From the NCBI RefSeq assembly GCF_000018105.1, contig NC_009925.1, forward strand, positions 4,980,001 through 5,012,000: a DNA stretch of 32,000 nucleotides. Reading direction: 5' to 3'. The DNA comes from Acaryochloris marina MBIC11017 (GTDB lineage Bacteria > Cyanobacteriota > Cyanobacteriia > Thermosynechococcales > Thermosynechococcaceae). This document shows positions 9,929-18,453 of this stretch, in pieces (position 1 is the stretch's first letter; every line of letters starts with the position of its first letter). A program made the position numbers and the translations under genes. The notes beneath the pieces were generated by a model that had not been told where the DNA came from, did not search any database, and saw nothing but the letters and a program-made list of their open reading frames with translations.

Positions 9929-10672
9929 TTAGGCGGCGTTGGATTCAAAGAAAGGCACATGCCCGCCAAACGCGCGTTGAATATTGTTCTTGGTCAATAC
10001 ATCTTCGCGAGAACCGCTAGCAATCAGTTCACGGTTAAGCAAAATTAAATCATCAAAGTTGGTAATGGCTTGCCCTAAATCATGGTGAACCACCAGCACG
10101 GTATGTCCCGTATGGGCTAATTCATGCAAAATATTGAACACAATGGCTTCGGTTTTTTTATCAATGCCAGCTAGGGGTTCGTCTAGACAAAAAATTTCGG
10201 CTTCTTCCGTTAACGCTTTCGCTAGAAAGACGCGCTGTTGCTGTCCTCCAGAGAGTTGACCAATGGGGCGATGCTTTAAGTTTGCAATCCCCACTCGCTC
10301 TAATGCATCTGCAGCCAAACGTCGAGACACGGTGGAGTATCGCTTTAACCAGCCAGTTTTGCGAATCCGTCCCATAAGGACGACATCCCAAACCGTGGCG
10401 GGGTAGGTCCAATCAATTTGCGATCGCTGCGGGATATAGGCGACTCGATCGAGCTGCTGCTTGAGGGGCTTATCCCCCCACATCACCTGTCCACTCGTGG
10501 GCAAAACCAAACCCAGCATTGCTTTCAGCAGCGTACTTTTCCCAGCTCCATTCGGGCCAATAATACCGGTTAACCGTCCTGAGTTGACGGAACAAGTCAC
10601 GTTGGTGAGGGCTTTTACCATACGGTATTGCACACCTAAATGGTCCACAGCCAGACTGCTAGCACTGTTCAT
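9929..10672 (-). CDS. Metal ABC transporter ATP-binding protein (ZnuC/MntA type)
   Basis: Walker A is GPNGAGKST, the ABC signature is LSGGQQQR, and Walker B is IFCLDEP. The ORF is open to 10810, but the ATG at 10672 (MNSASSLAVDHLGVQY) gives the normal family length. Confidence 0.9.
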   Translation of the reverse strand: MNSASSLAVDHLGVQYRMVKALTNVTCSVNSGRLTGIIGPNGAGKSTLLKAMLGLVLPTSGQVMWGDKPLKQQLDRVAYIPQRSQIDWTYPATVWDVVLMGRIRKTGWLKRYSTVSRRLAADALERVGIANLKHRPIGQLSGGQQQRVFLAKALTEEAEIFCLDEPLAGIDKKTEAIVFNILHELAHTGHTVLVVHHDLGQAITNFDDLILLNRELIASGSREDVLTKNNIQRAFGGHVPFFESNAA

Positions 10673-10786
10673 GCACAAATTCTCATCGTTTCTAAGGAAG
10701 GACAAAGCGTTTGCACCTATAAATTGCGTTGAATTTTTAGGTGTAAACACCTGAGAAATGAAAGGAATGCAATTAAAGATGAAACG

Positions 10787-10831
10787 ATTATGAAAATACT
10801 GTAGCATCAAAAAGTGAAAGCATTATGAAAA
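10787..10831. promoter_or_regulatory. Direct repeat of ATTATGAAAA in the divergent promoter region of the metal-uptake genes; candidate metalloregulator operator
   Basis: ATTATGAAAA occurs at 10787-10796 and again at 10822-10831. Both copies lie between the divergently transcribed ATPase/permease genes and the binding-protein gene. AT-rich ATNAT cores resemble Fur-family boxes, but there is no clear palindrome. Confidence 0.25.
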
Positions 10832-10846
10832 ATTGATGGAAACGCC

Positions 10847-11824
10847 ATGACAACTTCCTTCCTAAAGCGCCAATTTGATTCCTGGGCATGGGCGATCGGC
10901 GGATTATTTCTGGGGTTGAGTTTGGTCGGATGTACCGGAGGTCAAGACACTGAACCATCAGGGAAGCCCAAGGTTGTCGCGACCAACACGATTTTGCAAG
11001 ATTGGACGGCAGAAGTCGCCGGGGATGAAGTTGAACTGGTGGGTATCCTGCAGCCCGGGGCAGACCCCCACGTTTATGAACCCGTCCCGGCAGATAATTT
11101 AAGAATTGAACAAGCGGATCTGATTTTCTACAACGGCTACAACTTAGAACCAGGCTTGATTAAGCTAATTGAATCGACCCAGAAATCTAAAGTGTTTGCT
11201 GTGGGGGAAGTGGTGACGCCCCTGGATTTCGATTATGAGGGTAAGCGAGAGCCCGATCCTCATGTTTGGGGCGATGCCAAAAATGCCATCAAAATGGTGA
11301 ACGCTATTCGCGACCAGCTAATTGAGCTATCCCCGGAGGATAAAGAAGAATTTACTCAAAATGCAGCTGAATTTACGAAAGAACTGGCAGCGGTGGATCA
11401 ATGGATTGGCCAACAGATGCAAACTATTCCCAGCCAACAACGACAGTTAGTCACGACCCATGATGCCTTTCAATACTATGCCAAAGCCTATGGCCTCACG
11501 GTTGCAGGCACCCTGATTGGCATGAGTACGGAAGAGCAACCCAGCGCTCAAACCGTCAAACGGCTTTCGGATGATATTGAAAAAGCCAAGGTACCGGCTA
11601 TTTTTGCGGAAACTACCATTAACCCAGCTTTGATCAAAACCGTAGCGGCGGAAGCCAAGGTAAAGCTAGCGGAGCAAGAGCTGTACTCAGATTCCATTGG
11701 TGCCTCGGGAACTGAAGCCGATACTTATATCAAGATGCTTCAGGTGAATACTCGCACGATTGTGGAAGCGTTAGGGGGCAACTACACCGAATTTCAGGCA
11801 GCATTATCTGAGGAAAAGAAATAA
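10847..11824 (+). CDS. Metal ABC transporter substrate-binding lipoprotein (cluster A-I; ZnuA/MntC/TroA family)
   Basis: 325-aa ORF with the lipobox LSLVGC. Metal-ligand blocks are GADPHVYEP, DPHVWGD and TTHDAFQYY. The third ligand position is His as in ZnuA/TroA-type proteins, but the His-rich loop is absent, so metal specificity is not resolved. Confidence 0.9.
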   Translation: MTTSFLKRQFDSWAWAIGGLFLGLSLVGCTGGQDTEPSGKPKVVATNTILQDWTAEVAGDEVELVGILQPGADPHVYEPVPADNLRIEQADLIFYNGYNLEPGLIKLIESTQKSKVFAVGEVVTPLDFDYEGKREPDPHVWGDAKNAIKMVNAIRDQLIELSPEDKEEFTQNAAEFTKELAAVDQWIGQQMQTIPSQQRQLVTTHDAFQYYAKAYGLTVAGTLIGMSTEEQPSAQTVKRLSDDIEKAKVPAIFAETTINPALIKTVAAEAKVKLAEQELYSDSIGASGTEADTYIKMLQVNTRTIVEALGGNYTEFQAALSEEKK

Positions 11825-11856
11825 TGCCTCACCCAATTGATGCAGGCCAGCATACC

Positions 11857-12609
11857 CTACCAAGGCAACAGACTACCATCCCAGGAAAAGAACTGGCCAC
11901 TGTCTTCTTTTCCCAGCCCGTCCAGAACCGTCAACAGTTGAGTGACGGTTCGATCAACCGAGAATAGTTTTTCCGGTGGGACATTCCGCTGAAAGGGTTT
12001 AGAGAGTTTGGTATCCGTCGTGCCTGGGTGTAGCGTCACCACAATGGTTTGAGGACTGCGACGGCGATACTCAATCGAAGTAGTTCGCATCAGCATATTC
12101 AAAGCTGCTTTGGAGGCTCGATACCCATACCATCCCCCTAAATGGTTATCGCCAATGCTGCCGATCTTGGCCGAGATAGTCGCAAAGATACTGGGATGAT
12201 CATGCTTCAACAACGGCAATAGATGTTTAGCCCATAGAGCTGCCCCAATACTATTGACTTGGAAATATCGCGTTAACTGTTCAGCATTGAGCTGCCGCAA
12301 TCCTTTCTCCGGCTGTAGATCGCCTTCGTGGAGAATGCCCACGCAGTTAATCACCCAGTAGAGCAGAACACCCTCAGATTGAATCTGATTACAGCAATCT
12401 GCAATTTGCGTCTCTTGAGTAATATCTACGGCAATGCAGGACACCCGTTCTGGATATTGGGCCGCTAGAGTAAGTAATCCTACAGCTGAGTCTTGGGAAC
12501 GATAGGTGGCGTAAATAGTTTGAATATGGGGCCTCTGAAGCAGATGCTGCACAAACCCCAAGCCAATGCCTTGACTGGCCCCGATCACCAGGGCATTGGA
12601 CTCACTCAT
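11857..12609 (-). CDS. Short-chain dehydrogenase/reductase (SDR), CsgA/C-factor-like subgroup
   Basis: 250-aa ORF with the NAD(P)-binding motif VIGASQGIG and the catalytic YxxxK motif (YRASKAAL). Its ATG overlaps the stop of the upstream membrane-protein gene (ATGA). Confidence 0.85.
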   Translation of the reverse strand: MSESNALVIGASQGIGLGFVQHLLQRPHIQTIYATYRSQDSAVGLLTLAAQYPERVSCIAVDITQETQIADCCNQIQSEGVLLYWVINCVGILHEGDLQPEKGLRQLNAEQLTRYFQVNSIGAALWAKHLLPLLKHDHPSIFATISAKIGSIGDNHLGGWYGYRASKAALNMLMRTTSIEYRRRSPQTIVVTLHPGTTDTKLSKPFQRNVPPEKLFSVDRTVTQLLTVLDGLGKEDSGQFFSWDGSLLPW

Positions 12610-13340
12610 ACCAACGGTGGACTAACGATAGGAAGCTGGCTACTAACATCGGGGCAGGTTTGATTGGCAAAATCACAGCGATAGAGATGGGGCTTTTGCC
12701 AGCTTAACGGAATTTCCAAGAGATCGCGGGTGCCGGTGATTCCTTGCCCCAGAAAGAGAAGGGTGGCCACACAGTTGAGGAGAATATGGATCCGTCGCCA
12801 TACTTGGGTGCGATCGCGATAAATGTCTTGCACCATGGCCAAAGACAGAATCATCAGTACCGTGGCAATCATGCCATAGTAAAAATGAGATACAAACCAC
12901 TCATCATCCCGCCGGAATACCCCGTCTTGCAACCCCAGGACAATCACCCCCAGACTGGTTAATCCAGCGAAGGTTGCTCGCCAATACCAGGGCTTAGCCC
13001 GATAGAGCAGGACGAGAGAACCAATCGTCGCCAGGAACATGCAGACGATAAATACCACCTGAAAAGGGTTCGTGATCCACAGCTGTGTTTCCAAAATCTT
13101 GCGGCTAATGGGAGCGGCCAAGCCCAGCAGTGCCAAGCCCACCACAGATCCGGTTAGCCAACGCCCCATCTGCACATGTTCGGGGCCTACCTGAGGAGGA
13201 ATTTTACTTTTTCCCGGAGACGTCTGGAGCCGTCGGCGACGGGTCAAAATCGAACGGTTTAATACCATTCCAATCAGTGGGAAGACCACAACCACGGCAA
13301 AAACAGGGTGCAGTAATAGAATGACATCATTGAGGGTCAT
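12606..13340 (-). CDS. Polytopic integral membrane protein, possibly DUF4079-like
   Basis: Multiple hydrophobic helices with conserved-looking His residues (LLLHPVFAVV, SHFYYGM, RIHILLN). The ORF is open to 13448, but that extension would overlap the bcsA-like 3' end, so the ATG at 13340 (MTLNDVILL) is preferred. The family assignment is tentative. Confidence 0.6.
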   Translation of the reverse strand: MTLNDVILLLHPVFAVVVVFPLIGMVLNRSILTRRRRLQTSPGKSKIPPQVGPEHVQMGRWLTGSVVGLALLGLAAPISRKILETQLWITNPFQVVFIVCMFLATIGSLVLLYRAKPWYWRATFAGLTSLGVIVLGLQDGVFRRDDEWFVSHFYYGMIATVLMILSLAMVQDIYRDRTQVWRRIHILLNCVATLLFLGQGITGTRDLLEIPLSWQKPHLYRCDFANQTCPDVSSQLPIVSPPLV

Positions 13341-13401
13341 GATTTGCTCCAATGCGCTCGGTCTGGGATCAGACCGATGGTCAACATAAGGTTTGAGGGC
13401 G

Positions 13402-15720
13402 TTAGGTTTTGGCAACTTCCACCGGGTTGATCTTCCTTTGTCGATCAAACAGAATCCGGGGAGTGAAGAAGCTTTTGACGAGTAAGTAGAGGGATTGCAA
13501 CTCTCCAGGGGCCTGAGGGCTTTTCCACTGACCGGGACGACAGAACAGCATTTCGACTAACCTGCGGTATTGGGGCGTTGTTACCTCGGCAAATTTAAGC
13601 TGGACAATCGGGTAATCATCTTCCCGCTGCTGAATCTGAGTAATAACCGCCTGGAGACATAAGTTCTCTTCTTGAATCTCAACCTGGACGGATTCTCCAA
13701 AATAATGTCTGGGTAATCCAGCTTGGGTCAGGGCAATTTCTGCACCGCCTTCCGAAATCATGGTGGTGATTCCCCATAACTTCAGGTTTCCTAAGGTGAG
13801 TCGAACCGTGCGTCGTAAATCGAACCACTCGTAGAGATCGGGCTTAGGAGCATCCAGCAAAATTAGTAGGGCCACTCCTAACACAATCAGGTTGTAAGAA
13901 CTCCAGAGCCAGCCCAGTTCGATCCCTTTAATTTGTAGGGCCACTTCTGGTTCAACAGTGGTTGACCAGGCTCCCTTCACCATGCACATGCCGAGATTAC
14001 GCCAGAGGCTAACCGCTGTGAAGATAAACAGCACTACTAATGGAGAGGCCAATTTCCAGTTGAAGGTGTAGCGATCGCTAGAGACCCCTTTGGGAGTTAC
14101 CTTAAAGCCTTTGGAAAAGGGATTAAATAGGGTCTGTAAAACCGTGAGCGCTACCGGAAAGCATTGGGATACCGCATAGATATCGGAGATGAGGGCAGAG
14201 CGACTGCGCTGATTCAGCCAAGAGAAGGTGAAGAGCTGCACCAAATAGTAGGGCATAAAGAAATACAGCATTTCTTGAGTGGTTGCCCGCCAAGGAATTA
14301 CGCCAAAGAAGGCATAGGCCAGGGGCATGAGCAAAAACCCCACCCGAGACACACTGGTAAACCACTGCAGTAAGCCATCTAAATGGGCAAGCCGCTGAAT
14401 TAACTTAAGCCCTCTAATTCTGAGGGGATTGGCTTCAATAAAGAAGGCCTGCAAGGTGCCCCTAGCCCAGCGAAGTCGTTGAGTGATATGGGCCGACATA
14501 TTCTCTGCGGATAATCCCGCGCTCAGACTTTCCCCCAAGAAGATCACCCGCTTGCCTTTCGCGGAGAGACGAACCCCCGTAAAGTAATCTTCACTCAGGG
14601 TTCCTGTGGCAAAGCCGCCTGCCTCGGCCAAAGCGCTACGGCGAGCCACAAAAGAGCTGCCATAACACAGGGCCGTTTCCACCCCATCCCGTAGGGGCTG
14701 GTAATAGCGAGAGAAGATCTCAACTTCTTGGGGCAGAATATTTTCCAGGCCAATATTGCGGGCCACGGGATCGGGATTAAAAAAGCTTTGGTGGGTTTGC
14801 AGTAGAGCAATGCTGTCGTTCTGAAAGAAACCTACAGTGCGTCGGAGAAAGTTTTTGGTCGGTACAAAGTCTGCATCAAAGACCGTGAGCAATTCCCCGG
14901 ACGTGAAATTCAGGGCATGATTCAAATTGCCAGCTTTGGCATGGAGATTATCGGGACGGATAATATACTCACACCCTAGCTCGGTCGCTAAAGCTTTGAT
15001 TTCAGGCCGCCGTGTATCATCCAGCAGGTAAACGGTCTTGCGGGGATAATCCATCGCCTGACAGCCAATAATGGTGCGCTTCAAAATAAAGCTGGGCTCG
15101 TCATAGGTCGGAATCATCACATCGACCGTGGGCAGATAGTCTCCATCGAGGACGGCCATTTCATTGATGTCCGCTTCCCCCAGCCGATTGGTTGAACGAG
15201 ACACCAGAATCAGTTGAATAACATTGGTGACGATGGTAATGATCTCTAAGGTCAGCAGACCAATACTAAAAATACTGTTGAAGGTATCTGAGAGATTGAG
15301 GGTCCAGAACAACCGCCACACCACATACTGCACAATCAGCAGTAGCAGAGATGTTCCCACGATCAAACGAGACCAAGGTCGCGGCGAAGACGATACCTGC
15401 ATAACAATCAGGACAGCCACCAGCAAGAGAACCGATGGCACAGCCAAATAATTTCCTGCGGCGACGGGGACCGCTAGCCAGAGGGGGGGATTGGCAAACA
15501 GCAGTTCCACCTGCTTAAAAATGGCCGTGACTCGATCTTCTCGGATAAACCATAGGCCCACCCCCAGTCCAGTGGCTAGAAAAATTCCCACCATGGAGAA
15601 TAGGGTGAGCCGAATTCGTCGAATAAATAAATTGGGTGATAGTGCAGATTTCTGCAGACTTTTGGGCAGATCGGGGAGGTGTGGCTTCGTAGCGGTCATA
15701 TCAGCTTCCTTAACGGCCAT
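13402..15720 (-). CDS. bcsA: Cellulose synthase catalytic subunit-like glycosyltransferase (GT2) with a C-terminal PilZ domain
   Basis: 772-aa ORF. It carries HAKAGNLNHAL, VFDADFVP, TLSEDYFTG and QRLRWARG (QxxRW) within a multi-TM scaffold. The C-terminal LRRTVRL ... MISEGGAEI resembles the RxxxR ... (D/N)xSxxG PilZ c-di-GMP motifs. The symbol is given in the family sense only. Confidence 0.85.
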   Translation of the reverse strand: MAVKEADMTATKPHLPDLPKSLQKSALSPNLFIRRIRLTLFSMVGIFLATGLGVGLWFIREDRVTAIFKQVELLFANPPLWLAVPVAAGNYLAVPSVLLLVAVLIVMQVSSSPRPWSRLIVGTSLLLLIVQYVVWRLFWTLNLSDTFNSIFSIGLLTLEIITIVTNVIQLILVSRSTNRLGEADINEMAVLDGDYLPTVDVMIPTYDEPSFILKRTIIGCQAMDYPRKTVYLLDDTRRPEIKALATELGCEYIIRPDNLHAKAGNLNHALNFTSGELLTVFDADFVPTKNFLRRTVGFFQNDSIALLQTHQSFFNPDPVARNIGLENILPQEVEIFSRYYQPLRDGVETALCYGSSFVARRSALAEAGGFATGTLSEDYFTGVRLSAKGKRVIFLGESLSAGLSAENMSAHITQRLRWARGTLQAFFIEANPLRIRGLKLIQRLAHLDGLLQWFTSVSRVGFLLMPLAYAFFGVIPWRATTQEMLYFFMPYYLVQLFTFSWLNQRSRSALISDIYAVSQCFPVALTVLQTLFNPFSKGFKVTPKGVSSDRYTFNWKLASPLVVLFIFTAVSLWRNLGMCMVKGAWSTTVEPEVALQIKGIELGWLWSSYNLIVLGVALLILLDAPKPDLYEWFDLRRTVRLTLGNLKLWGITTMISEGGAEIALTQAGLPRHYFGESVQVEIQEENLCLQAVITQIQQREDDYPIVQLKFAEVTTPQYRRLVEMLFCRPGQWKSPQAPGELQSLYLLVKSFFTPRILFDRQRKINPVEVAKT

Positions 15721-16003
15721 AGCTTCAGCAGATAGCCTTGCGATGGACGTGTCCTATCCAGTGGGGGGGACTATTTAGGACCCTTCGCAAGGCTGTCAGT
15801 ACTGTATCAAGGGGAAATCACCAACACGATGACCCAGAAACCAAGGATTGGTGAGCGTTACACCCCCTTGAAGTGATTTCCATCACACCTATTTTGCCGT
15901 GAAACGGGATAGGCTCTTCAAATCATCTAAAGCAGACCAGGGAATGGCTGTAGCCAGGACAGACGGTTCTTAATGGTTTCTGCCCCTAAAGCAAGACAAA
16001 ATC

Positions 16004-16396
16004 GTGTTGATTTCAGACATGAATTCTTCTGATCAAGGGGTTAGGTTTTTGGGGCCGCACCGGGGGCAGCGTCAGGTTTTTGCCTTATCCATCTCCCATG
16101 CAGATTCGATCATGGGTGCTTTGCATGACCGGTATCGGCATTTACCAGACGCCAAGAAGATTGCTGTGATTCAATATTGGGCGGATATGGCTGGATGGTG
16201 GGAGTCAGAGGGGGATTGTGCGATCGCACCCCACGATACCGAAAGACTCATTGAAGGACTGGCCAGTCTGCAAGCAGAAGAGTTTGATAGCGACTATCAT
16301 CTAGCATCAGACTTGATGGACTCTGTTCATGGTCTACATTCCTTCCTCCATCAACATTGGATTAAAGGAGAGATAGTTTACATCGAGAATCTATAG
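16004..16396 (+). CDS. Hypothetical protein (130 aa)
   Basis: An ORF of reasonable length with host-like composition and an internal HIP1 site. No recognisable motif was found. The start is ambiguous between GTG at 16004 and ATG at 16019. Confidence 0.45.
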   Translation: MLISDMNSSDQGVRFLGPHRGQRQVFALSISHADSIMGALHDRYRHLPDAKKIAVIQYWADMAGWWESEGDCAIAPHDTERLIEGLASLQAEEFDSDYHLASDLMDSVHGLHSFLHQHWIKGEIVYIENL

Positions 16397-16499
16397 AGTT
16401 GCCTAAATGGAACATATTAATCCCCTGTTGACCACCTAGGCAATACCGTTCGCAATGGGAAGAAGATAAGGTGTATAATCGCTCAACGCGAAAAGGTGA

Positions 16500-16709
16500 T
16501 TAGCTGACTAGAGCCATATCACGAATCAAAGTTAGACGGCTCTGAATATAAGCTTTAACCGTTTCTAATTCATCATCCGTTAGCTCTTGTCGTTCTGCCA
16601 ATCGCTGGCTGAGCAAATCAACCAGAGCATGATCACTGGCTCGTAGAAGCTGATGGTGGGGAATCGTATCAACCAACTTCCAGACTTGATTTAGAAGAAC
16701 TGGGGGCAT
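16500..16709 (-). CDS. Small hypothetical protein (69 aa), paralog of 17196..17429
   Basis: It aligns end to end with the 77-aa protein at 17196..17429. Shared positions include M.P.LL..W.L....P...LL...D..V..L, then Y..S.L.LIR.MA. Conservation between two copies supports coding on this strand. Confidence 0.55.
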   Translation of the reverse strand: MPPVLLNQVWKLVDTIPHHQLLRASDHALVDLLSQRLAERQELTDDELETVKAYIQSRLTLIRDMALVS

Positions 16710-17195
16710 TGCTCTTAATCTTGGGGTGTTAAAGAATGAATTGAAAACTGTTAAGTACCTTGATCAAGGGCTGGTGTTCTCTTCTGCAATGAAGCTATCA
16801 CCCCATCACGGGATACTAGCCAACTCTCTTTATCCAGCCTAATGGGTTTGCGATCGCACTCAAGCAGTTGTCATATTTATTCCCAAACACAACAGCCACA
16901 TTTAATATTTCTAGATACAGGGACCCTCGTCAGCAAAGTCAAACGATACCCAAAACCCTTGGTGTACATGCAGTTGAACGAACTCAATTCAATCGCTTCA
17001 GGAAGGAAGGATTAACGTCCTCTTCTCATAAATGCAACACAAGTTGTCAAGATAGATAACGCCCAAACAAGCTTCCCCCATACCTCTATGCCAACGAAAT
17101 TTCATCCCATGGGGAAGCCATCCCCTTTTCAACTCATTACACGGTCGACTCTACAGAGTTTGAACGGGGCAACATGTCGCCAAGGGCCACCTTTG

Positions 17196-17429
17196 TCATA
17201 CAACAAGAGCGCAATATTGGTTGGATTCAGCCATCTCTCGAATCAGCAATAGATGGGAGTCGAGATATTGTTCAAGGCTGGCGCGGTCTTCTTCTTTTAA
17301 ACAGGACCGATGCTCGAACTGCTCTAGCAACCATGACACTATCCGAGTATCATCCCATCCAAGCAGGGAATAGGTCGGCAGTTCTTCAATCAATTGCCAA
17401 AGGTCATGGAGCAGGGAAGGAGACAACAC
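17196..17429 (-). CDS. Small hypothetical protein (77 aa), paralog of 16500..16709
   Basis: Same evidence as for 16500..16709. The overlapping plus-strand ORF 17174..17434 has no such paralog support. Confidence 0.55.
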   Translation of the reverse strand: MLSPSLLHDLWQLIEELPTYSLLGWDDTRIVSWLLEQFEHRSCLKEEDRASLEQYLDSHLLLIREMAESNQYCALVV

Positions 17430-17595
17430 AATAAAACACCGGATGATCTACGTCTGCATAAATTCGTTCATTGGATAATAGCTTAATTTTTTCTTTAGAT
17501 TTATGCTGACCTGATCCTAACTCTGGCATTTAATGTCGACAGTATAAAGACATACATCTTTACAAGGTCATCAAAAGGCTAATGGAGGAGCAGTG

Positions 17596-17763
17596 ATGTC
17601 TTCGGCAGGGCAATTTTATGTCTCTTTGATGGCTAGTAACTTTGTATGCAGGACTGCACTCATTGCATATCCAGAGAAATGGGCATCCTCTTGTTATAAG
17701 CCTCAAGGTTTAACGCTCCAAATTTCACATAACGATTTATGCCATTTGTTGCCATTGCTTTAA
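17596..17763 (+). CDS. Candidate small ORF (55 aa, 4 Cys), below the ORF-track size cut-off
   Basis: GGAGGAG lies 5 nt upstream of the ATG at 17596. The translation is MSSAGQFYVSLMASNFVCRTALIAYPEKWASSCYKPQGLTLQISHNDLCHLLPLL. It overlaps the start of the next ORF by 25 nt, which itself has no Shine-Dalgarno sequence. Confidence 0.25.
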   Translation: MSSAGQFYVSLMASNFVCRTALIAYPEKWASSCYKPQGLTLQISHNDLCHLLPLL

Positions 17764-18140
17764 ATGTTGGTTTGCTACTGGCCTTTTTTGCCATTCACCA
17801 AGGGGTTGTTCGCCTAATAGCTAGGAGAGATGGTTTTAGGCCAATCAAGCATGATCTAAAACGGCTGGGACCAGTACTTGCGGCTTACCGTTGGGGAAGT
17901 GTGCGGATTGGACCATCATCTCGCTGGGGCCGCACTGTGAATGTGACGCTGTTTAAAAACCATATCCACTTGAAGTTGATCAAGTTTTTTGGCGGTGGGG
18001 AAATCTTGATCCCGCTAGACTATGCCAGTTATTCCTTCTCGTATTGGATGCATGGTGAGGTTGTTGATATCACTGTCAATGGCAAAACCTATGCCTTTGG
18101 TCGAGATATAGCCAAAATTGCTAAACAATACTATTGCTGA
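17739..18140 (+). CDS. Hypothetical protein (133 aa) with an N-terminal transmembrane helix
   Basis: The ORF has the hydrophobic N-terminus PFVAIALNVGLLLAFFAI. No family motif was recognised. Confidence 0.4.
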   Translation: MPFVAIALNVGLLLAFFAIHQGVVRLIARRDGFRPIKHDLKRLGPVLAAYRWGSVRIGPSSRWGRTVNVTLFKNHIHLKLIKFFGGGEILIPLDYASYSFSYWMHGEVVDITVNGKTYAFGRDIAKIAKQYYC

Positions 18141-18453
18141 GTTAGCTATTGGGAATTCCCATCCAGCTATCCTTAGTAGCTCGAAAACATCATCAATTTT
18201 TAGGTGAATAGGTCTCAAATGGTTGATTCGGAGGCATCCCCATCTCCAGCAATGTGGAAATAGGTCCAATAGTCTCGCCAATATTGAAGGACGACCAACA
18301 GTTGATCAGGACGGTATAATGTTTGGGGCCTCTCTGCCTTTGAGTGACCCAGGTGATGGGTGTCCCATGTGTAAGTTTTAAGGTTTGCTTTTTGACTCCA
18401 GTTCGTCTCTTAAAGTTTTTTGTGCTGAGCCTTTGAGCTGTTTCGCCATTCAT
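18141..18453 (-). pseudogene. Frameshifted, truncated N-terminal remnant of an IS5/Harbinger-type (HTH_Tnp_4 / DDE_Tnp_4) transposase
   Basis: One frame reads FKRRTGVKKQT. A +1 shift then gives RPDQLLVVLQYWRDYWTYFHIAGDGDASESTI, which matches the conserved ..EDQLL..LQYWREYRTYFHIg..wGvSEST.. block of these transposases. A further shift gives HLRPIHLKIDDVFELL. No DDE catalytic region follows. Confidence 0.6.

Noticed and set aside
9929-10810. Long versions of the ATPase ORF (start at 10810) and of the membrane-protein ORF (12606..13448)
   Set aside because: The N-terminal extensions are not family-like. In the second case the extension overlaps the bcsA-like 3' end. Internal ATG starts at 10672 and 13340 fit better.
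15721-15800. Possible c-di-GMP riboswitch in the bcsA-like leader (10-bp inverted repeat AGCCTTGCGA/TCGCAAGGCT at 15734-15743 and 15786-15795)
   Set aside because: A stem with a 42-nt loop is present, but I could not recognise the conserved GEMM-I or GEMM-II core sequences. It is recorded only as an unexplained leader hairpin. A covariance-model scan (Rfam) would settle it.
16868-17059. 63-aa plus-strand ORF between the two small paralogs
   Set aside because: It has a non-ATG start, no RBS, and a polar low-complexity product. It is treated as non-coding.
17174-17434. 86-aa plus-strand ORF overlapping the 77-aa minus-strand ORF
   Set aside because: The minus-strand product has a full-length paralog at 16500..16709. 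The plus-strand product has no such support.
18015-18453. Two overlapping minus-strand ORFs (88 and 86 aa) as intact genes
   Set aside because: They are alternative frames of one decayed IS5-type transposase N-terminus. The 88-aa ORF also runs antisense into the 3' end of 17739..18140.
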